Shown: positions 58,249-64,000 of the stretch, piece by piece
How the letters are laid out: the number at the start of each line of letters is the position of its first letter
How positions within the stretch are numbered: position 1 is the stretch's first letter
Origin: Desulfurococcales archaeon
GTDB lineage: Archaea > Thermoproteota > Thermoprotei_A > Sulfolobales > Desulfurococcaceae
DNA: 64,000 bases
NCBI GenBank assembly: GCA_027022365.1
Contig: JALVYU010000031.1
Coordinates: forward strand, 192,001 to 256,000
Reading direction: 5' to 3'
Made by a program: the position numbers and the translations under genes
Notes under the pieces: model-generated
What the model saw: only the letters and a program-made list of their open reading frames with translations
Databases searched by the model: none
What the model was told of the DNA's origin: nothing

Positions 58249-59163
58249 ATGATGGCTTTCACGAGGCCCTGGATCCTCCCCCTTCTACCAGTTATAGTTG
58301 CGATAATTGTATTCATCCATAAACGATCCACTGGGAGAAAAGCTCGTCTTGCCAGTGCTCTCCAGGGAAAGGTAGGGCCTAGTGCATGGAAGCTATTATC
58401 AGCAGCTATGGCGGCCTCGATGCTGATCATTGCATTGTCCCAGCCAGTTGTCTCTTACCGAGAAAAAATACCTGTTAACTCAATAGAGGATATGATTAAG
58501 TACAATGAAAAGCTTCCAGCCCAGTACATTATACTAGTAGACGTGTCCCCAAGCATGCATACTGGAAACCCTCCACGCCTTGATACCGCGCTGAAAGTTG
58601 TCAGAATGATCGTGGACGATATAAAAGATAATGGAACAATTATGCTGAGTGTTTTCGGTGGCCGTGTAGAACAATTATATGTCGGGGCACCCTCCAACAT
58701 ATCAAGGATACTGTACATGATCAGGAATTATGATATAAAATACACAGCCATAGGGGACGCCATAGGATACGCGGTATCATGCGCCCACGCATCACGCCTC
58801 CCAAGCATTGCAGTGATAATAACTGATGGAGCCAACAACTACGGCCCCGATCCAGTACAGACCTATATTTACGCCAACAAGACACATCTACCCATACTCT
58901 TCATAAGAATAGACAGCGACCCCAGGGCTAACCAGCTGTTCGCGGAGCTAGCAAGGCATGACGCATATATTGTTTCAGCATCAAGTTTTAACCTAAAATC
59001 CCTTGAGCCGGTCATAGAGCATGCGATACAGCGGATGAAATACACTGCATTAGTAGAGACTGGTAAGAACTACATAGTAGTGAACAGGATCACTAATCTT
59101 CCAACAATGATATTAGGCGCAGTGGCAGTGGTAGCCATCATCTTATCGAGGATGACGTGGTGA
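58249..59163 (+). CDS. Membrane vWA-domain protein (BatA/BatB-like)
   Basis: N-terminal F..PW TM; MIDAS DVSPSM, TAIGDA, ITDG; C-terminal TM. Confidence 0.85.
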   Translation: MMAFTRPWILPLLPVIVAIIVFIHKRSTGRKARLASALQGKVGPSAWKLLSAAMAASMLIIALSQPVVSYREKIPVNSIEDMIKYNEKLPAQYIILVDVSPSMHTGNPPRLDTALKVVRMIVDDIKDNGTIMLSVFGGRVEQLYVGAPSNISRILYMIRNYDIKYTAIGDAIGYAVSCAHASRLPSIAVIITDGANNYGPDPVQTYIYANKTHLPILFIRIDSDPRANQLFAELARHDAYIVSASSFNLKSLEPVIEHAIQRMKYTALVETGKNYIVVNRITNLPTMILGAVAVVAIILSRMTW

Positions 59164-59167
59164 GAAA

Positions 59168-60142
59168 ATGATTGTTTTCGAGCACCCAGTAGTGTTCATA
59201 ATCGCTATAGTCTCTGCAGCGACATATTTCGTCGTATCGTTGAGGAAGTCCGAGAAACTCTACATTAAATACAATAGATTCTACAATCCGTTGATAAAGT
59301 ATGTAGAATACAAGACTGGTAGCCGGACAACCAAGACCTTCTTCGAACAAGCCCTGGTCGCCCTATCGATCTTCTTAGTAATATCGGCTCTTGCTAATCC
59401 CTACCTAGTTATCACGGAGTACAAGACAGTCAACATTGTGGCGCAGGCAAACCTTAGGATCAAGGTTAAGCCAGCCATAGTATTGATAATAGATACTTCA
59501 GGCAGCATGTATGGGGAAAAGATCGAGGAAGCTAAACAAGCACTAACAAAGTTTGTCGAGATAATAGATGGCAAAGCCGATATCGGCCTTATATCGTTTG
59601 CTTCAACCGTGAAAACAGCGATACCGCCCACAGGAGATACAGGCTTGATCATCAATGCGATCAACAGGCTCAAAGCAGTAGGAGGAACAATGTACCAGTA
59701 CCCCCTAACAACAGCGCTCAACTGGCTGAAAACCTATAGGTACTTCAACGTATCCGCATATGTCGTATTTGCATCCGATGGACTACCCGCAGATCTTCCA
59801 ATGGCAGAGGATATAGTTAAGCAGTTCGCATCGCTGGGGATACCAATATACACGATATTCATAGGTAAGTCGAACATAGGATATAAGACCCTAGAGGAAA
59901 TAGCTAGGGAAACCCATGGAAAGTGCTTCCGGGCAAAGAATGCCGCCGAGATAATGGAGAAATATATTGAGGCGGCAAAAGATGTTAAAACAAGTATTTT
60001 ACGATCTGTAAACGTCACCGTCACAGATAAAATAAGACTTCAGAAAAAACTATACCTGTCATGGTATTTTTACGTAGGCGGATTAACGGCTTACATTCTA
60101 GCCATAATCATATCTTATAAGACTAGGAGAATCACCTATTAG
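59168..60142 (+). CDS. Membrane vWA-domain protein (BatA/BatB-like)
   Basis: FEHP TM, ALANP, MIDAS DTSGSM, GGT, SDG; C-terminal TM. Confidence 0.88.
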   Translation: MIVFEHPVVFIIAIVSAATYFVVSLRKSEKLYIKYNRFYNPLIKYVEYKTGSRTTKTFFEQALVALSIFLVISALANPYLVITEYKTVNIVAQANLRIKVKPAIVLIIDTSGSMYGEKIEEAKQALTKFVEIIDGKADIGLISFASTVKTAIPPTGDTGLIINAINRLKAVGGTMYQYPLTTALNWLKTYRYFNVSAYVVFASDGLPADLPMAEDIVKQFASLGIPIYTIFIGKSNIGYKTLEEIARETHGKCFRAKNAAEIMEKYIEAAKDVKTSILRSVNVTVTDKIRLQKKLYLSWYFYVGGLTAYILAIIISYKTRRITY

Positions 60143-60950
60143 ATCTCCTTCTTCTCACCAACCACCTAAAAGTCTCCTTGACTGCCTCGGGATCCCTTTT
60201 ATAATCAATAAATATCAGCGCCAAGCCCACGAAAGCCACTGCTGCAGTTCTGAGAACAGCATCCCTGCCTACCTCAATATAGCCTATGAACCGGAACGTT
60301 AAAGGATTGATATAGTAGATATCAATGTTCTTCACAACCGAGTTCAATATTCCATTGGCGGCCCAGCTACCGTTGAGGGCTGAGTCTACCACCTGTCCTA
60401 TACGGTACAGGTTTTGCGACGGCATAACATTAAGATCTCTTACAAGCGTATTCCTATCTACAACATAGATTATCACCATATAAACGTATCGATAGCTTGT
60501 TAACTTGTTCTCGCTGATCCTTAGATCGATGCTCATGCCGGGTAATATATTTACTTCATATATGATATTACTGTAAGCGACTGCGAGAAATCTATTCATA
60601 ATCTGCGGTTTAACAGCACCCGTTATATGTGGAACAGGCATGTAGGTTCCAATGATCAGGAGCTTATTTTCAAGAGGAGTATTAAGGATTACAGGAGAAC
60701 CAGATATCTCTAGGGAAAACACGTAGGGTAGGTTCGGGTTTCCGTAGTTTCTGAGAATACTCTTGAAGTCGGTGCTTACAATTGCGAAGTAGGTTTTATT
60801 CCCTATATTGGATGCTATAGAAGCTATGGTTGATGGGCCGCTTATACTGTACATTGTTAGTTCAGGCTTTTGAAGAGTGGCCACAGCCATTGCTATAATG
60901 CCTACTAGTGATAGCAATATTATTAATATGCCTAGGTAGCGAAGCATCAT
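60132..60950 (-). CDS. Hypothetical membrane protein (N- and C-terminal TM)
   Basis: Last gene of the MoxR-ABC string; overlaps the permease stop. Confidence 0.7.
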   Translation of the reverse strand: MMLRYLGILIILLSLVGIIAMAVATLQKPELTMYSISGPSTIASIASNIGNKTYFAIVSTDFKSILRNYGNPNLPYVFSLEISGSPVILNTPLENKLLIIGTYMPVPHITGAVKPQIMNRFLAVAYSNIIYEVNILPGMSIDLRISENKLTSYRYVYMVIIYVVDRNTLVRDLNVMPSQNLYRIGQVVDSALNGSWAANGILNSVVKNIDIYYINPLTFRFIGYIEVGRDAVLRTAAVAFVGLALIFIDYKRDPEAVKETFRWLVRRRRSNR

Positions 60951-61714
60951 ACCTCGACCTCTCTCCAAGACATATAGCTAAGTAATATGAATATAATGTC
61001 AAGAAATACAAGAACAACAGCCGATTCTAAGAAGGGATTCATTCCGAACACGCCTACCATACTATATGAAGATATTGCCACATAGAGTAGCTGATTACAT
61101 ATGAGGGTTATACTCTTAAAGATCCCCTCTCCAAGGCTTGGTGTGAATATTGATGCTAGTAGTCCTACTGAAAAAGGAATTATTACCATAAGCAGAAATA
61201 CTGCGAAAACAGCTAAGGATCTCCGTTTAGTGAAAGCTCCAATAGTCATCCCTATGGTGCCATAATATATCGTCTGTAGAGCACAAATTATGAGAAGTTG
61301 TCCTAGAGATATGTTTAATCCATACTGTCTAACAGGAATAACTAGCATTGATGGATCAATTATTAGTGCTGGTATGGAGTATATGAGTAGAAAGACTATG
61401 GTTTGGAACACTACACCACCAAATAACCAGGCGCTATAATACTCTTTACGTGTCAGTCCGGTTGCCAGATAAACTTGTATAGTCCCCTTAGACAGTTCGT
61501 CAACCGGCTCAGTGGCTAGAGCACTGATCAACGCCACATATATGAAGAAAAAGAATGGGAGAAGGGATAAGCTCATTGATGGTGAGGAATAGAAAGCATA
61601 TGATATTATAGCGGAGAATATGAGTGTAAATACATAAAATATTCTTATCTGTAGCCCAACAATGTAATCTATGTGGTTTATTATTCTTCTAATTGAGTCC
61701 TGCAAGCTTTTCAT
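60947..61714 (-). CDS. ABC-2 type exporter permease
   Basis: About 6 TM; ELSKGTIQVYLATGLTR motif. Confidence 0.8.
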   Translation of the reverse strand: MKSLQDSIRRIINHIDYIVGLQIRIFYVFTLIFSAIISYAFYSSPSMSLSLLPFFFFIYVALISALATEPVDELSKGTIQVYLATGLTRKEYYSAWLFGGVVFQTIVFLLIYSIPALIIDPSMLVIPVRQYGLNISLGQLLIICALQTIYYGTIGMTIGAFTKRRSLAVFAVFLLMVIIPFSVGLLASIFTPSLGEGIFKSITLICNQLLYVAISSYSMVGVFGMNPFLESAVVLVFLDIIFILLSYMSWREVEV

Positions 61715-62600
61715 ATAGTTCACCCAGCTCACTGGATACAAGTTCTAATCTGGTCTCGTCCCCGACGATCTCTCTGAGGAAATACTGGATCTCATCCACG
61801 TCTTCTCCAGTGGCTTTTACGAGCAGGGTATCGCCGGCTATCTCAACGGCTTTTATCTTATCAAATAGAATTAGCTTCGAAGCAAGCCTTCTTGGATCGG
61901 AAACACGTATTCTGAATATGGCTGTAACCCTATATCTTGCAACAATTGTGTTAATGTCGCCGTACTCTACTACTTGGCCCTTTCTGATAAACACTATATA
62001 GTTAGCTACCTGCTGGAGCTCAGGCAAGATATGAGTAGCAATAATAACTGTGACGCCGAGCTCGCTCATGAGATCTCTGATTAAACTTATGATTTCCTTC
62101 CTAGAAATAGGGTCGAGATTAGCGGTAGGCTCGTCGAGAAGCAGTATCTCGGGATCGCCTAGGAGAGCTATTGCTAGGCCAAGTCTTTGGATATATCCTC
62201 TAGACAGAGATTTTATGTTGAAATCAAGATACCTCGTAATACCCGTCAGCCTAGCTATCCTAAACACATCCTGTGAAGCAACGTTCCTAAGCCTGGCGAT
62301 GTGTCTGAGAAGAGTCCACACTTTAACCTGGGGATAAATGGGTTTCTCCTGCAGATACCCTATTTTTGAGCGCACCTTGAGCTCTTCCTTAACAGGGTCT
62401 TGTCCGAATACGTATACTTTTCCACGGGTTGGTTTTATGAACCCTAATATAAGTTTGAAGCTCGTCGTCTTGCCGGAGCCATTTGGTCCGAGAAGGCCAG
62501 CGGCTACGCCGCCCGGGATTTTGAAACTAGCGTTTCTCAATGCGTAGATGCTCCCTGCTCTTGAACGATATATTTTTGTGACATTATCGAACACGATCAA
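61689..62600 (-). CDS. ABC-2 type exporter ATPase
   Basis: GPNGSGKTT, LSRGYIQRL, LLDEPTANLD, ATH. Confidence 0.92.
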   Translation of the reverse strand: MIVFDNVTKIYRSRAGSIYALRNASFKIPGGVAAGLLGPNGSGKTTSFKLILGFIKPTRGKVYVFGQDPVKEELKVRSKIGYLQEKPIYPQVKVWTLLRHIARLRNVASQDVFRIARLTGITRYLDFNIKSLSRGYIQRLGLAIALLGDPEILLLDEPTANLDPISRKEIISLIRDLMSELGVTVIIATHILPELQQVANYIVFIRKGQVVEYGDINTIVARYRVTAIFRIRVSDPRRLASKLILFDKIKAVEIAGDTLLVKATGEDVDEIQYFLREIVGDETRLELVSSELGELYEKLAGLN

Positions 62601-62607
62601 TGGGTCT

Positions 62608-63663
62608 TCACCCCGGAGTGTTCTTCAGAACGAACTCGAGCCCCTCTTTTATGACGCGCATTCGTGCCGACGCGGAGCCACCGTACTCTATTATTGTCTC
62701 CATGTTCGGGATGACCCTATGGTTAGCCACAGGGTAGAACACAGCATTGACATCTACGGGCTCCACGATATCCGCTCCCCTCACTGCAGCGTGTGCCTTA
62801 GCAGCTTTCATAAGTGCTATGCCTGCACGTGGGCTCAGCCCTAGCTCGAAATACTTGGATACAGGCTCCATGATCTCTGGTCTTGTTGCTCGGACAAGCC
62901 TAGCAGTGTAGTCGAGCATGTCTTCAGGGACAACTATCTTCTCTGCGACTATTTCCTGGGATTTAACAACCCACTCGGGCTCGACGACTGGTTCGAGCTC
63001 TTCAAGGGGTTCTCCAAGCCTCCTGGAGTGAAGTCTGAGGATTTCCTTCTCTTCCTCGAGGCTCTCTGGATAACCAATTATTATTCTCGTGAGAAACCTG
63101 TCGAGCTGGGCTTCGGGAAGGGGATATGTTCCCTCCTGCTCAATAGGGTTCTGGGTTGCGAGAACAAAGAAGAACTTGTTTCTTGCTCTGTCTTCGAGTG
63201 GGTAGGTCTTGCCCCCTATGGTTACCTCTCGTTCCTGCATCGCCTGTAGCATGGCGGACTGAGTTCTAGGAGTTGCGCGGTTTATCTCATCAGCCAAGAC
63301 TATATAGGCAAAGATCGGACCGAGCCTCGGCTCGAAGTTTAGCGTTTTGGGATTGTATATGAGACTACCTATTATGTCGGATGGCATGAGATCCGGAGTA
63401 AACTGTATTCTAGAGAAACCCTTATAGGGAACACCATTTATCTCAACGATTTCCGTCTCGTCAAGCCCCAGCAGTCTTGTGAGGGATCGAGCCATGGTCG
63501 TCTTGGCTACTCCTGGGACTCCCTCCAACAATACATGTCCATTAGCTAGCAGGGATATGAGGATATACTTGATCTCTTCATCATATCCTATGACTGTTTT
63601 CCTCATATTTTCAAGAATTTCTTTTGCGCCTCTAACCACATAGTCTATATCATGAGATTTCAT
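62608..63663 (-). CDS. moxR: MoxR family AAA+ ATPase
   Basis: GHVLLEGVPGVAKT, RIQFTPDLMPSD, ADEINRA.PRTQSAML, ATQNPIEQEGTYPLPEAQLDRF, SPRA. Confidence 0.95.
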   Translation of the reverse strand: MKSHDIDYVVRGAKEILENMRKTVIGYDEEIKYILISLLANGHVLLEGVPGVAKTTMARSLTRLLGLDETEIVEINGVPYKGFSRIQFTPDLMPSDIIGSLIYNPKTLNFEPRLGPIFAYIVLADEINRATPRTQSAMLQAMQEREVTIGGKTYPLEDRARNKFFFVLATQNPIEQEGTYPLPEAQLDRFLTRIIIGYPESLEEEKEILRLHSRRLGEPLEELEPVVEPEWVVKSQEIVAEKIVVPEDMLDYTARLVRATRPEIMEPVSKYFELGLSPRAGIALMKAAKAHAAVRGADIVEPVDVNAVFYPVANHRVIPNMETIIEYGGSASARMRVIKEGLEFVLKNTPG

Positions 63664-63681
63664 GGTTCCCGTAACACCCTG

Positions 63682-63999
63682 CTACTTTGTCAATATGGTA
63701 TCGCCGATTTTGAGAACTGATGACCAGGGGACATCATGGAATGCGAGAGGAGATTCCTCAACATATTCTTCGAGAATATTCAGGGCATCACCATGTTTAT
63801 GTTTCATGATAATTCTTTTCACATCATCTAGTAAGGCGAGCGGTAACTTCCTATTGATTAGTGGGTCCCGCCACTCCGTTAAAGCCTCGTAGAGCTTTGA
63901 ATATCCTTTTTCCTTCAATCGGCGCAGGAAAGCAAGCCACTTGATCTCGCCCCGTCTCTCTAGGCTTTCACATCTTAATCCGGGCTCGCCTGGGCCAAC
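63682..63999 (-). CDS. Hypothetical protein, 5' end outside the window
   Basis: The frame of the 63682-63918 ORF stays open to the window edge (VGPGEPGLRCESLERRGEIKWLAFLRRLKEKGY...). Confidence 0.65.
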   Translation of the reverse strand, partial: VGPGEPGLRCESLERRGEIKWLAFLRRLKEKGYSKLYEALTEWRDPLINRKLPLALLDDVKRIIMKHKHGDALNILEEYVEESPLAFHDVPWSSVLKIGDTILTK

Positions 64000-64000
64000 C

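Noticed and set aside
63920-64000. GC-rich window end as an RNA gene
   Set aside because: It is an open minus-strand frame continuous with the 63682 ORF, so it is coding.

Overview
Gene-dense archaeal DNA, most likely a hyperthermophilic crenarchaeon (Thermoproteota, Desulfurococcales-like). This rests on the chromatin protein CC1, AbrB-PhoU regulators, an Mrp/MinD-type HypB next to HypA, box C/D sRNA candidates and GGTGA-type ribosome-binding sites. The left half holds glycerol/glycerophosphodiester catabolic genes (G3P dehydrogenase trio at 1-2319; glpK, MFS, esterase and GDPD at 21967-26675) separated by a ~19 kb accessory block (2329-21555). That block encodes a BadF-type amino-sugar kinase, two GHL10-like glycosidase domains (one in a 1070-aa surface-anchored fusion with a Cys-His-Glu GATase-like domain), an M14 Zn-peptidase, a ceramidase-like amidohydrolase, a Dpp/Opp transporter lacking ATPases, a Gfo/Idh/MocA oxidoreductase, a TIM-barrel epimerase, an Eis/GlmA-like acetyltransferase and a D-glutamate cyclase homologue. 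My best hypothesis is a system for scavenging bacterial peptidoglycan (muropeptides) in an archaeon. The rest of the window has a DUF72 plus AEP primase/polymerase-like gene pair, GH38 mannosidase with a transporter, a pst operon with an in-frame pstS-pstC fusion, hydrogenase maturation genes, moeA and a vWA/MoxR/ABC locus. I saw no CRISPR array, tRNA, rRNA, transposase or integrase. All assignments come from motif recognition by eye; no database searches were run, and several start codons were adjusted from the ORF track using RBS position.
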